64,000 bases of DNA. Source: Candidatus Latescibacterota bacterium (GTDB taxonomy: Bacteria; Latescibacterota; UBA2968; UBA8231). This document shows, piece after piece, positions 19,716 through 29,205 of this stretch. Below the pieces are notes generated by a model. It searched no databases. It saw nothing but the letters and a program-made list of their open reading frames with translations, and had not been told where the DNA came from. Each line of letters begins with the position of its first letter. Positions within the stretch are counted from its first letter, which is position 1. A program made the position numbers and the translations under genes. The stretch covers positions 3,552,001 through 3,616,000 of the forward strand of contig CBDETY010000003.1 of the NCBI GenBank assembly GCA_965243025.1. Direction: 5' to 3'.

Positions 19716-21101
19716 ATGAACCGGGGCCTGTACGCCTGCGCTCTCGCCGGCTTTCTTCTCTGCGGCTGCGGCGACGGCGGCCCCACGGCTCCCCTCGCCT
19801 CCCGGGAGGACAAGGCGCTTTCCGGAGGTGGGGCGACCGTTTTCGACGCCGCCAGCACCGCCTTCGAGAACCCGGTGCCCGGCCTCGAGGCGGACCAGAT
19901 GGCCCGCTTCCTCGCCGGCGACGCCGCCTTCGAAGCGGTGTTCGTCAGCGCCCCTGCGGAGGTCAACGGCGGGCTCGGTCCGGTCTTCAACCAGACCTCG
20001 TGCGTCGGTTGCCACGGCCGCGACGGCCGCGGCCGGTCCGGGTTCGGGGAGACCGCGCCTTTCATCGGCTCGGCGCTGATGCAGGTCAGCCTGCCGGGAG
20101 CCGGCTCCGAGCATCCCGGGGCACCTGAGCCGGTTCCCGGCTTCGGCCTGCAGATCGGGGACCGGGCGATCTTCGGGGTGGAACCCGAAGGGCGGGTGGA
20201 GACGAGCTGGTTCGAGGAGGAAGGCCGCTTCGCCGGCGGCGGAACCTACACCCTCCGGCAGCCGGCCTACGAGCTGACCGACACCTACATCGACCTTCCG
20301 GCAGGCGTTCTCACTTCGGTGCGAATGGCCCCCCCCGTCTTCGGCCGCGGCCTCCTCGAGGCGGTCGACGAGTCGGAGATTCTCGCCCTCGCCGACCCGG
20401 GGGACACGGACGGGGACGGCATCTCCGGAAGGCCCAACTACGTCTTCGACGTCCAGGCCGGGCGCACGGTGCTCGGCCGCTTCGGCTGGAAGGCGAACAA
20501 CCCCACCCTGCTGCAGCAGGTGGCCACGGCCTACAGGGAGGACATGGGCGTTACCACTCCCTATTTCCCCGGGGAGTCCACGGCCGGCCAGCCGCAGGCC
20601 GACGGCCTCGCCGACGATCCCGAGCTCTCCCCGGAGATTCTCGACGACGCCGTCTTCTACATCGTCACCCTTGCCGTTCCGGCGCGGCGCGACCTCGACG
20701 ACCCCGTCGCCCTGAAGGGGGAGAAGCTGTTCGCCGACGCCGGCTGCGCCGCCTGCCACGTCCCCACGCTGCACACCGGGCCGCACGAGGTGGCGGCCCT
20801 GTCGAACCAGGTCATCCACCCCTACACCGACCTGCTGCTGCACGACATGGGTGACGAGCTGGCCGACCACCGGCCGGACTACGAGGCGGACGGCCGCGAG
20901 TGGCGGACCCCGCCCCTGTGGGGCATCGGCCTGACGGCAACGGTCAACGGCGTTCCCGCCTACCTCCACGACGGCCGCGCCGCCACCCTGATGGAGGCGG
21001 TCATGTTCCACGGAGGGGAAGCGGAAACGGCGAGAGAGGCGGTGAGGGAGATGAGCGCGGAGGACCGCCGGGCGCTGATCGCCTTCCTCAACTCGCTGTA
21101 G
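19716..21101 (+). CDS. Di-heme oxidoreductase (DHOR/DUF1111) lipoprotein
   Basis: GLGP.FN..SCVGCH..DGRG, P.FG.GLLEA, D.DGISGR.N, GRFGWKA, second CAACH, PYTDLLLHDMG, WRTPPLWGIG, YLHDGRA. Confidence 0.94.
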   Translation: MNRGLYACALAGFLLCGCGDGGPTAPLASREDKALSGGGATVFDAASTAFENPVPGLEADQMARFLAGDAAFEAVFVSAPAEVNGGLGPVFNQTSCVGCHGRDGRGRSGFGETAPFIGSALMQVSLPGAGSEHPGAPEPVPGFGLQIGDRAIFGVEPEGRVETSWFEEEGRFAGGGTYTLRQPAYELTDTYIDLPAGVLTSVRMAPPVFGRGLLEAVDESEILALADPGDTDGDGISGRPNYVFDVQAGRTVLGRFGWKANNPTLLQQVATAYREDMGVTTPYFPGESTAGQPQADGLADDPELSPEILDDAVFYIVTLAVPARRDLDDPVALKGEKLFADAGCAACHVPTLHTGPHEVAALSNQVIHPYTDLLLHDMGDELADHRPDYEADGREWRTPPLWGIGLTATVNGVPAYLHDGRAATLMEAVMFHGGEAETAREAVREMSAEDRRALIAFLNSL

Positions 21102-21394
21102 CGCTCCGCCGGCGGGACCTCGTCCATGCGCCCCGGGAGAACCGGGGCACCGCGCCATGGGTCTCCAGGCCGTTCCCCCATTCGGACGGCATGTCCGTGC
21201 AGTCCGGGAGGTTGCCACCTGCGGCCTGTACCCGTATTCATCACTCCCGACGTCAACGGCTGCTTCCCGATCCTTCGACCGAAAAGTCGCCCTGAATGAT
21301 GCCGGGCGTCCGCGGCCGGTTCGAACGCACCGGACGACTTGACCGTGAGGATCGGAACCGCCACAGGAAACCGAAATCCGCCCGTCGAGACCCG

Positions 21395-21751
21395 ATGACC
21401 TACTCCCTGCGCCTTCACGACCTGCGGTTCTTCGGCCACCACGGGGTTCATCCCGGGGAACAGGCCCTCGGCCAGGAGTTCCAGGTCGACGTCGAGCTTG
21501 AACTGCCGCTGACGGCGGACCCGGATTCGCCGGAGAGCACCGTGGATTACGTCGAGGTTTTCCGGCTGGTCGAGGAGACCGTGGAAAAGGAGCGCTTCAG
21601 GCTGATCGAGGCCCTGGCCGCGGAGATCCTCCGCCGCATCGGCGACCGTTTCGCCCCCCCGCTGGTGACGGTGCGGGTGCGCAAGCCGCACCCGCCGATC
21701 GCCGCACAGCTCGACAGTGTCGAAGTCGAAATCACGAAATCCTTCGCCTGA
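21395..21751 (+). CDS. folB: Dihydroneopterin aldolase
   Basis: L.F.GHHGV...E...GQ.F.VD, TVDY, F.LIE.LA, V.VRKP..PI; adjacent to folK. Confidence 0.94.
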   Translation: MTYSLRLHDLRFFGHHGVHPGEQALGQEFQVDVELELPLTADPDSPESTVDYVEVFRLVEETVEKERFRLIEALAAEILRRIGDRFAPPLVTVRVRKPHPPIAAQLDSVEVEITKSFA

Positions 21752-22289
21752 GGAGGCTTTCGTCGGTCTCGGCTCAAACCTGGGGGACCGGCGCGGGTTC
21801 ATCGCCTCCGGAGTGGCGGCGATCCGCAGGCTGCCCGGGGTCGAGCTCTGTGTGCCCTCTTCCCTCTACGAAACCGACCCGGTCGGCCTGGAGGACCAGC
21901 CGCGCTTCCTGAATGCAGTCGCCCTCGTGCGCACCAGCCTGTCGCCCTCCCGGCTGCTGCGGTCCCTGCTCGCCATCGAGCAGGAGCACGGCAGGCAGCG
22001 GCCGATCCCCGACGGTCCGCGCACCCTCGATCTCGACCTGCTGCTGCACGGAAGCCGCGTCGCCGCCGATGCGGACCTGCAGGTTCCCCATCCCCGCATG
22101 ACCGGGCGCTGCTTCGTGCTCAGACCCCTGCTCGAGCTGGCACCCGGCCTCGTGCATCCCGGGACCGGTGAACGGCTTTCCGACTGCCTCGACAGGTGCG
22201 ACTGTTCGGGGGTTCGCCCGGCGGGAAGGCTTCCCGGCAGGAGTGCCGGGGATTCGGGGATCGCGGAGCCCGGACCCCTCTCTACCTGA
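21717..22289 (+). CDS. folK: 2-amino-4-hydroxy-6-hydroxymethyldihydropteridine diphosphokinase
   Basis: GLGSNLGDR, SSLYET.P, QP.FLNAV, GPRTLDLDLL, PHPRM..R.FVL.PL. Confidence 0.95.
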   Translation: MSKSKSRNPSPEEAFVGLGSNLGDRRGFIASGVAAIRRLPGVELCVPSSLYETDPVGLEDQPRFLNAVALVRTSLSPSRLLRSLLAIEQEHGRQRPIPDGPRTLDLDLLLHGSRVAADADLQVPHPRMTGRCFVLRPLLELAPGLVHPGTGERLSDCLDRCDCSGVRPAGRLPGRSAGDSGIAEPGPLST

Positions 22290-24291
22290 CGAGGGTCACC
22301 GGGGTGCGGTGGCCGGACCTGGAGCCGCCGCGGTCGGAGGCCGCCTTCGCTCTCGCGACGATCCAGTAGACTCCGCTGGCCGCAAGCCGTCCGCCCCGGT
22401 CGAGGCCGTCCCAGGCGATCTCGCGCGAGCCGGACGGAGGGGCCAGGTCCCTGATGCGCTGGCCCAGGGCGTTGTACACGGAGATCTCCAACCCCTCGGT
22501 ATCCCCGGTGAAGGGGATGCGGACCTCGGCGTTGAAGGGATTGGGGAACCCGGGGCCGAGTCTGAAAACCGGGCTGGCGGCGGCGACCGCCGGGCCCGGC
22601 CGGCCGCGGGCGTCCAGCGGTCCGACCGCGACTACTCGCATCCCGCCGCCCAGGGTCAGCTCCAGGACCTGACGCCGACCGCGGTTGAGTGGAATGCTGT
22701 GCCACCGTCCCACGACCTTGCCCTCGGAGGTGAGGGCGCGGGCCTGGTAGAAACCGGTGACCCGGTCGGTGCTGGAGATGGTCAGGGCCACCCGGCCCGC
22801 CGCGTCGGTGACCGCGCTCCAGGCGTAGTCGCGCCGGCGCCCGGCAATGGCGCGGGAGAACTCGACGGTCAAACCCTCGACCGCGTCGCCCAGGACCGTG
22901 GCCTCCACCCCCGTGCGGCGCGCGGCGACCGGCTGCAGGTGGCGCGCCGATATCTCGAACTCCCCAATTACAGCGGAGGTTCTGCCGACGATCAGCGCCA
23001 TGCTGTCGATCTCCGCCGCAATCGCGGAGCCCCGGTTCGAGGCATCGAGCTCGAGCTCGCGAAACTCGCTTCCCCCGGCGCGCATCGACCGTGTCCAGAC
23101 CCGGTACCGCCCCCCTTCCTTTCCGGCGAACTCCAACTGAACACTCCCCGGGGTTCGCAACAGAATGGCGATCGTTCCCCACCGATCCTCGACGCTGCCC
23201 ATGCGGCTCTCCAGCGGCAGCCTGTCGATCGGGTACCAGAGCGCCCGCCGTCCCCTCAGCGCCCCGTAGGTGATCTCATCCCCTTCCGCGGCGTAGTTGC
23301 CGAGGATCCACCCCGACCAGGCCTCCTCGAAGTCCCCGCGCAGGCCGAGACCGGCAAAGGCGGCGTCGATGCCGGGGATGCCGTTCTCCTGCTCCGCCAC
23401 GACGGCGCGGATCAGGTCCCCGCCGTAACGCTCGGCCAGAAAAGCCGAAAACAGGTAGGTCGATCCGTAGTTCCAGGCCCGGTTTTCCCACGCGGTCAGG
23501 CCGGCGCCCGGGCGCCGCAGGAACGCGCCGACGACGGTCGAATCCGCCTCGGGAAACCCGGTCAGGGCCTCGGCGTACCCCGACATCCCCTCGTTCACCC
23601 AGATCTCCTCGTCCATGTCGTGGCCCCAGTGGATGAGGTGCTGGAACTCGTGCGCGAGGGTGCCGCGCGCCAGGTACGTCTGGCGGCGCAGGTACCACTC
23701 GTCGACGTAGAGGATGTCCCTGCGCATTTCGGGAACCTCGTGCCCGGCGACCCGGGCGTCGAAGAACCCGACCAGGCGGGAATCGGGGATGTCGAGAATC
23801 AGCAGGAACACCTGGGGGTAGCCGTCGACGTCGGGAACAGCGCCGAAGGCCTCGGTGCACAGGTCGTGGATGCCGCGGCCGGGATCGGCCGGGGTGGCGC
23901 GCTCGAACAGGTCGGCGACGACGTCTACGTGGGATTGCAGTATCGAGCCGCCGTTGGTGTCCCACTGGCGGTCCTCGACGAACACGAACACCCGTTCTCC
24001 GGCGTAGCGGCAGGTCGCCTGCACAAGGCGCGGGTTGCCGGCGACGGGGAACTCCTGCCGGGTCCCGACGCCGATCTCCGGGAGATCCTGCCGGGCGTCA
24101 GCGCTCCCGGCCGGTTTGGCGGCCCGGAGCGGATGGTCCGGAAGCGGGAACTCCGTGGCAAGCAGCTCGACGAGGCGCGTGCCGCACTGGTACGGGGCCG
24201 CGGCCGACCCCTGGTCCGGGCGCACGCCGACGGCGCCAAGGACAACCGCGAAAAGGAAAACGACTCCTGGCCTGTCCGTGGCGACCTGCAT
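22282..24291 (-). CDS. Secreted zinc metallopeptidase (M30/hyicolysin-like) with an uncharacterised inserted domain and C-terminal T9SS/FlgD-Ig sorting domain
   Basis: Signal peptide; FG..PDVDG; TLAHEFQHLI...E..W.NEG.S; CTD FPNPFN..V.I.F...VYN.LGQ.IR.L...WDG.D..G....SGVY. Confidence 0.85.
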   Translation of the reverse strand: MQVATDRPGVVFLFAVVLGAVGVRPDQGSAAAPYQCGTRLVELLATEFPLPDHPLRAAKPAGSADARQDLPEIGVGTRQEFPVAGNPRLVQATCRYAGERVFVFVEDRQWDTNGGSILQSHVDVVADLFERATPADPGRGIHDLCTEAFGAVPDVDGYPQVFLLILDIPDSRLVGFFDARVAGHEVPEMRRDILYVDEWYLRRQTYLARGTLAHEFQHLIHWGHDMDEEIWVNEGMSGYAEALTGFPEADSTVVGAFLRRPGAGLTAWENRAWNYGSTYLFSAFLAERYGGDLIRAVVAEQENGIPGIDAAFAGLGLRGDFEEAWSGWILGNYAAEGDEITYGALRGRRALWYPIDRLPLESRMGSVEDRWGTIAILLRTPGSVQLEFAGKEGGRYRVWTRSMRAGGSEFRELELDASNRGSAIAAEIDSMALIVGRTSAVIGEFEISARHLQPVAARRTGVEATVLGDAVEGLTVEFSRAIAGRRRDYAWSAVTDAAGRVALTISSTDRVTGFYQARALTSEGKVVGRWHSIPLNRGRRQVLELTLGGGMRVVAVGPLDARGRPGPAVAAASPVFRLGPGFPNPFNAEVRIPFTGDTEGLEISVYNALGQRIRDLAPPSGSREIAWDGLDRGGRLAASGVYWIVARAKAASDRGGSRSGHRTPVTLVR

Positions 24292-24302
24292 TGCGCGATG
24301 CG

Positions 24303-24953
24303 TCAGAAGCGGTGGATCAGGGACACGGCCGTCCCCCGCGGAAGGAGTACCAGGTCCAACTCCACCGCTCGCTCCGGCGCCCGGGCGGCAGCCTCCGCGT
24401 CATGGGAGCTCATTGACCGGCGGGCGGCGTGGACCGCGGCAACGAGATGGTTGGCGATGATCAGCCCGGTCGCCATCACGGCGTTGCGGTCGGCGCCCCG
24501 GGCGGAATTCCGCAGCTCGCGGAAGCGCAGGCGCGACTCGGCCCGGTCCCATTCCCAGAAGAACTCGCCGCTGTCGGGGTACAGCTGCGCCGAGGCCCCC
24601 TCTTCCACCGCGGCGTAGCGGTTGTGCTGATGGAAACTCTCGTAGAACCCGAGGTCGTCGAAGTACTGCTTCGACTTCCCCGACGGTCTGGCGCCGGCGT
24701 GAACCGCGGCGTGGGTCCGGAAGTTCCGCTCGCGGATATCGGCGACCCGTCGAAATCCAAGGTAGCTCCCCCAGAGGGCGGCCTCGAAGCCGAGAAAGCG
24801 GGCGGCCGCCGTCGAGTGGCCGTTCAGGTACTGGCCGGCCCCCGGAAGCAGCAGCGACGACCAGAAGGCCCTGGCCGCGGATGTCCCGGCATGGGCGGGA
24901 GCCGCCAGCACCAGCAGGGCGAGAACCCCTGGAGCGAGGGCGCGCAGCGCCAT
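24303..24953 (-). CDS. DUF5683-like exported/membrane protein
   Basis: A.W.SLLLPG.GQY.NG motif; YFDDLG.Y; NH.VAAV.A; C-terminal Phe. Confidence 0.75.
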   Translation of the reverse strand: MALRALAPGVLALLVLAAPAHAGTSAARAFWSSLLLPGAGQYLNGHSTAAARFLGFEAALWGSYLGFRRVADIRERNFRTHAAVHAGARPSGKSKQYFDDLGFYESFHQHNRYAAVEEGASAQLYPDSGEFFWEWDRAESRLRFRELRNSARGADRNAVMATGLIIANHLVAAVHAARRSMSSHDAEAAARAPERAVELDLVLLPRGTAVSLIHRF

Positions 24954-25907
24954 TCAGAAAAGCGGCCTCCAGGCGAGGATCATCGGGGTCTTTCCCGACG
25001 GGCCGCCGCGGACGAAGGCGAGCCTCGTGCGGCGCTGAAGCGTTGCCTTGTCGGCGCCGCGGGCAGCGAGGCGGGCGGCCCGGGAGGCGTCGATGGCGCT
25101 GATGACGTGGTTGACGAGGATCAGGCCCGCTACGTTGGTCGCTCTTTTCAGGAACCTGTTGCTTTCGTTCCGCTGGTCCTCGTAGGCGAAGCGCTGCTCG
25201 GAAACGAAGTTCTCGGCCGAGTCGATCTCGGTCGGCTGAACGAGGTTGCCGCCCCGGTCCCTGACGTCTTCCCATCCGGAGACGAACTGGTCGTACTTCC
25301 CGATCAGCTCGTAGTACTGCTGCCTCTCGACCTCGGGGCACTGGGAAATCCCCTCTCCACCGACGACGAAGGTGCTGCACGGCAGGGCGTGGGTGATCGA
25401 TGAATTGCGCGAGATCGTCGACCCTCTCCAGTCCATGTACCGGAGGACGTCCCACTGCTCGTCGGCGACCCCCCTGAAATCCTCCTCGATATCCTTGCCC
25501 TTGCCGTTCCAGGAGAAATACAGCCCCCAGGCCGCCGCTTCCAGGCCGAAGAACAGGACCGCCCTTTTCCGGGCCCCGGCGTACAACTCGCCGAATCCGG
25601 GCAGCATTGCCGAATAGAGCAGCGCACGCCCCGGCGACTTGGGCGGCTTCGGCTCCGGGGATACTGCCGCGGGACCTTCCGCGCTGTCCGCCTGCGCCAG
25701 CATTCGCGGCCGGACGCTGCCGTCCGCAACCGACGCGAACAGCCGCGGCAGCTGCCCGTTCACGGTCAGGGAGGACTTCCCGTGCTGCGGCGGAGCAGGG
25801 CTTGCGGTCCCCTCTTCGGCCCCTGCAGCACCGGCGAGGAAGCAGAAGAGCGCCAGCACCGGGGTGCTTCTGCGGGCGGCATTTCCTCCGGCACTCGGAA
25901 TCAGCAT
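24954..25907 (-). CDS. DUF5683-like exported/membrane protein (paralog)
   Basis: KSP.RA.L.SA.LPG.GE.Y; QQYYELIGKYDQF..GW; NHVISAIDA; C-terminal Phe. Confidence 0.8.
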   Translation of the reverse strand: MLIPSAGGNAARRSTPVLALFCFLAGAAGAEEGTASPAPPQHGKSSLTVNGQLPRLFASVADGSVRPRMLAQADSAEGPAAVSPEPKPPKSPGRALLYSAMLPGFGELYAGARKRAVLFFGLEAAAWGLYFSWNGKGKDIEEDFRGVADEQWDVLRYMDWRGSTISRNSSITHALPCSTFVVGGEGISQCPEVERQQYYELIGKYDQFVSGWEDVRDRGGNLVQPTEIDSAENFVSEQRFAYEDQRNESNRFLKRATNVAGLILVNHVISAIDASRAARLAARGADKATLQRRTRLAFVRGGPSGKTPMILAWRPLF

Positions 25908-25920
25908 CGCGACATCCTTT

Positions 25921-28900
25921 CTACAGATAACCGAACAGCACGGTGAGGTAGAATTTCCAGGGGGAGCGTCCGGGCAGCTCGTCGATCCCGCGGGCGAGAT
26001 CGGCCTGTGCCCGGGTGGGCAAACTGTAATACGAGATCGAATCGAGGCGCAACTGAAACCCGATGTCGCGCAACGGCCCGGAGCGGCCGTAGAAGGGGTC
26101 GAGATCGCCGAACTCCCCGTCCCAGGCTTTGCCGAGGCTGCCGTAGACCGCCCCGTACAGCTTGTCGAGGTAGATGTGAAAGAGCCGCTTCCGCATGTCC
26201 GGCAGCAGCGGAAAGCGGAACAGCGCCGATCCCATCGCCGCCTTGCGGCCCTCGATGCTGTAAAAGGTGTACCCCTTCATGTACTGCAGGCCGCCGATGT
26301 GGTAGTCGAAGAAGTCGTTGACGCGGTCGTCGTCGTCGACCTCGCCGCTGTCGATCCACCCCCCGAAGAAACGCAGCTCCAGGGCGGTGCCGAACGGCGT
26401 GCCGAGGTATTCCTTCCAGTCGAGCTCCCACTGGTTGTAGAAAAGCCCGAGGTACACCTCCTCGAGGAAGGAGGCGTTGCTGCGGTTGAACTCCTCGAGG
26501 AAGTAGTTGAACACGCGGTCGTAGCGGAACCTGATGCGCCGGCCCCCGCGAGGGTTTATGTCCCTGTCGCGGCGCCGCTCCACCGCCTGGTAATCGTAGC
26601 GTGCCCCGAGGGCGAAGCCGTTCAGGTAGGTGTAGCCGATCGGCTTCATGCGGCGGCGCTCGAACCCGGGGGCGCCGTCGCTGCGGGGAACGAAGGCTTC
26701 CCAGTCGAGGCCGGCGTCGTAGCGGTCGTAGGTCAGCGACAGGGTGAGCTGCCGCCTCAGGGAGGGCCGCTCGTCCCCGATCCGCAGGCCGGCAGCGACC
26801 TGGTTGAGGCTGAAGTTCATCCCGGTGATTATGGCGTCCCGGGCTTCGCTGCTGTCGCCGCGGCTGGTGTGGCGTTTCTGGTGGTAGTACTCGAGAAAGA
26901 GGGTCGGCCGCCAGCGGCGGTGCTCGTACAGGGCGAAGAGCTCGCGGTCGCCGTTGCCCGGTGCGATGGCGAAGCCGCCGAACAGGCTCTGCTTCCGCAG
27001 GACGTCGGAAGAGGAGGCGTACGCTCCCCCCTTTACGCGGCCCTCGTCCCACACCAGGCGCGGCAGCACCATTGTCCTGAGCAGCTCTCCTCCGTACGCC
27101 CGCGGGGCGGAAATCCCTGTGGGGGCTGCCGCCGAAGTCTGCTGCGCAAGTACTCCTGCTTCCGGAGAGGCCGGGGTCGGTCGGGCAAACTCTGTGCCCC
27201 CGGCCCGGGCGTCGAGGCCTGCTGCCGGCCTTGAGAAGGATTGCGAGGCAGCGGCCGGGTGCGCCGAGGCGGTTGGCGTCCCGGCGCTCGACAGCCTTCC
27301 CGTCCCCTCTCGCGCTCCCGGATCAGCTACGGTGCGCAGACGGAACCCGTCCGCTCCGTAGGCGGAGAAGACCACGCTGCCGCCGGGACCGGCCGCCGGA
27401 TTGATCGCGCCCCCGACCACGTTGGTTATCCGGCGGATCCCTCCCTCCACGACAGAAATCGCGTAGATATTGAAAATCCCGGTCGCGTCGGAGGCGAACA
27501 GGATCTCTCCACCCGTCGTCCAGGCCGGATCGCGTTCGGTTGCCCCGGTGGCCACCAGCGGCCGCATGGGACCGGCGAGGCCCGTGTCGGTGTGAATCGC
27601 AGGTCCGCTCGACGGCTTCCCGTCACCTTCCCTCAGCTTCCCGGCAGCCGCCTCGATCCCGCCGCGCTCGAGGTCGACCAGGACGATGTCCCGCTGCCCC
27701 CCGCGGGAGACCGACAGGGCCAGGGTCCCTCCGTCCGGCGACCAGGCAGGGGTGTAGAGCTCGGTGCCGTCGGCGAAATCGGTGAGGTAGAGGACGATGT
27801 CCCCAACGGCGCTGAGCAGGCCGAGGTTGTTCGAGCCGCCCTGGTTGCGGATGAACGCCAGCCACTCGCCGTCCGGGGACCAGGCCGGGTAGAAGGCGCG
27901 CAGTCCGGCGGAAAGCTGCTCCACCCGTTCCGGTTCCGGAGAGTAGGAGAGGACCATTCCAGGGAGCGCCCAGGACAGCTTCGACAGCAACCCCGGCTCA
28001 TCGCCGTCGAGGTCGCAGGTGAACAGGTCCGCCTGGCGCGAGCCGTACCTGTCGGCGCTGTGCTTGCGCACGTAGGCGATCCTGCGTCCGTCGGGCGACC
28101 AGGCCGGACGCGACACCACGCCGCCGGCGACGACTTCATCCTCGCCGGTCTCGAGGTCGCGGATGACGAGCCGGTGGGGTCCGTACTCCCCCGCTCCGGT
28201 GGACAGGAAGGCGAGCCGGTCTCCTGCGGGCGCGTACACGGGATGGATGTTGGAGAACCCCGAGTCGGTGATCTCCTCCCCTTCCCGCAGCTCCCCGAGC
28301 CCTGCGAGCTGCCTGGTGTAGACCTCGCGAAGATGCCGCCGCCACCCATCGTAGAGCTGGCCGGCGGTGATGCCGAGCACTTCCTCGACAGGGCCGTCGA
28401 TCTCGAGGGTGCGCCAGTCGGAGAGAGCGGCGCAGAGCTGCCGCAGGGCGTCGTCGCCGTGCTCGGCGGCGATGTAGCGGACCAGGGCGTAGCCGTGGTC
28501 GTAGACGAACTCGTTGCCGAAACCGGATTTGCCGAACACTCCCATCTGATCGAAGGACAGCAGCTCCTCCTCGAGCGCGGCGACGCGCAGCACCATGTCG
28601 CGGTTGGCGTCCCAGCGGTCGTGCCTTGCGGCGGCCACCTGGTACTGCGCCACCCCCTCGGCGAACCACATCGGGAAGACCGTGGCCGCCAGGGGATAGG
28701 AGACCAGCAGGTCGGGGAACCCGGTCAGGATATCGGGGCGGTTGCGCTCCCGCTGGTACCCGAAATGCTGGAGGTAAAGCGCCGGGGTGCGCTGCCATGC
28801 CTTGCGCGCCGCCCCGAGGGAGACGATGTGCACGAACTCGTGGGTGATGACGTTTGCCAGCCAGTCGCAGGTGCCGCGCAGGTCGAAGTCGTGATCGAGG

Positions 28901-29205
28901 GGAGTGGTCCAGATCTCGATGGCGTCGTGATAGAAGAAGGCGGCGCCGTTGGCGTAGTCGTCGTAGTCCTTGAGAACGATGCGCACCCTGCCGCCGGGGC
29001 GGTAGCGGTAGAGCTCGGTCACCGGACCGTACGCGGCCTCGGCGATCTCGGCCGCCCTCCCGGCAGCCCGGCGCAGACCGTCGTGGTAGAAAACCTCGAA
29101 GTGGGGGGTCTGCAGGACCTCCCACTGCAGCTCGGGGTGGTTCTGTGCCCGGGAGGCTCCCTGCCAGAACAGCAGGACGAGGAGGGCCGGGGCCGCCTTC
29201 CTCAT
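25921..29205 (-). CDS. Gluzincin (MA-like) peptidase + TolB/PD40 propeller + C-terminal outer-membrane barrel protein
   Basis: Signal peptide MRKAAPALLV; HPELQW...TPHF.V.YH; VITHEFVH...WFAEG.A; repeated P(A/V)WSPDG; C-terminal amphipathic strands ending FYLTVLFGYL. Confidence 0.85.
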   Translation of the reverse strand: MRKAAPALLVLLFWQGASRAQNHPELQWEVLQTPHFEVFYHDGLRRAAGRAAEIAEAAYGPVTELYRYRPGGRVRIVLKDYDDYANGAAFFYHDAIEIWTTPLDHDFDLRGTCDWLANVITHEFVHIVSLGAARKAWQRTPALYLQHFGYQRERNRPDILTGFPDLLVSYPLAATVFPMWFAEGVAQYQVAAARHDRWDANRDMVLRVAALEEELLSFDQMGVFGKSGFGNEFVYDHGYALVRYIAAEHGDDALRQLCAALSDWRTLEIDGPVEEVLGITAGQLYDGWRRHLREVYTRQLAGLGELREGEEITDSGFSNIHPVYAPAGDRLAFLSTGAGEYGPHRLVIRDLETGEDEVVAGGVVSRPAWSPDGRRIAYVRKHSADRYGSRQADLFTCDLDGDEPGLLSKLSWALPGMVLSYSPEPERVEQLSAGLRAFYPAWSPDGEWLAFIRNQGGSNNLGLLSAVGDIVLYLTDFADGTELYTPAWSPDGGTLALSVSRGGQRDIVLVDLERGGIEAAAGKLREGDGKPSSGPAIHTDTGLAGPMRPLVATGATERDPAWTTGGEILFASDATGIFNIYAISVVEGGIRRITNVVGGAINPAAGPGGSVVFSAYGADGFRLRTVADPGAREGTGRLSSAGTPTASAHPAAASQSFSRPAAGLDARAGGTEFARPTPASPEAGVLAQQTSAAAPTGISAPRAYGGELLRTMVLPRLVWDEGRVKGGAYASSSDVLRKQSLFGGFAIAPGNGDRELFALYEHRRWRPTLFLEYYHQKRHTSRGDSSEARDAIITGMNFSLNQVAAGLRIGDERPSLRRQLTLSLTYDRYDAGLDWEAFVPRSDGAPGFERRRMKPIGYTYLNGFALGARYDYQAVERRRDRDINPRGGRRIRFRYDRVFNYFLEEFNRSNASFLEEVYLGLFYNQWELDWKEYLGTPFGTALELRFFGGWIDSGEVDDDDRVNDFFDYHIGGLQYMKGYTFYSIEGRKAAMGSALFRFPLLPDMRKRLFHIYLDKLYGAVYGSLGKAWDGEFGDLDPFYGRSGPLRDIGFQLRLDSISYYSLPTRAQADLARGIDELPGRSPWKFYLTVLFGYL

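Noticed and set aside
17243-20065. 940-aa minus-strand ORF and similar long ORFs (22168-24618, 27241-29280, 34815-37277, 39354-41366)
   Set aside because: Antisense or alternative-frame shadows of clear genes in high-GC DNA, with no recognisable motifs.
21101-21395. Folate/ZTP riboswitch upstream of folB
   Set aside because: No THF or pfl consensus elements recognised.
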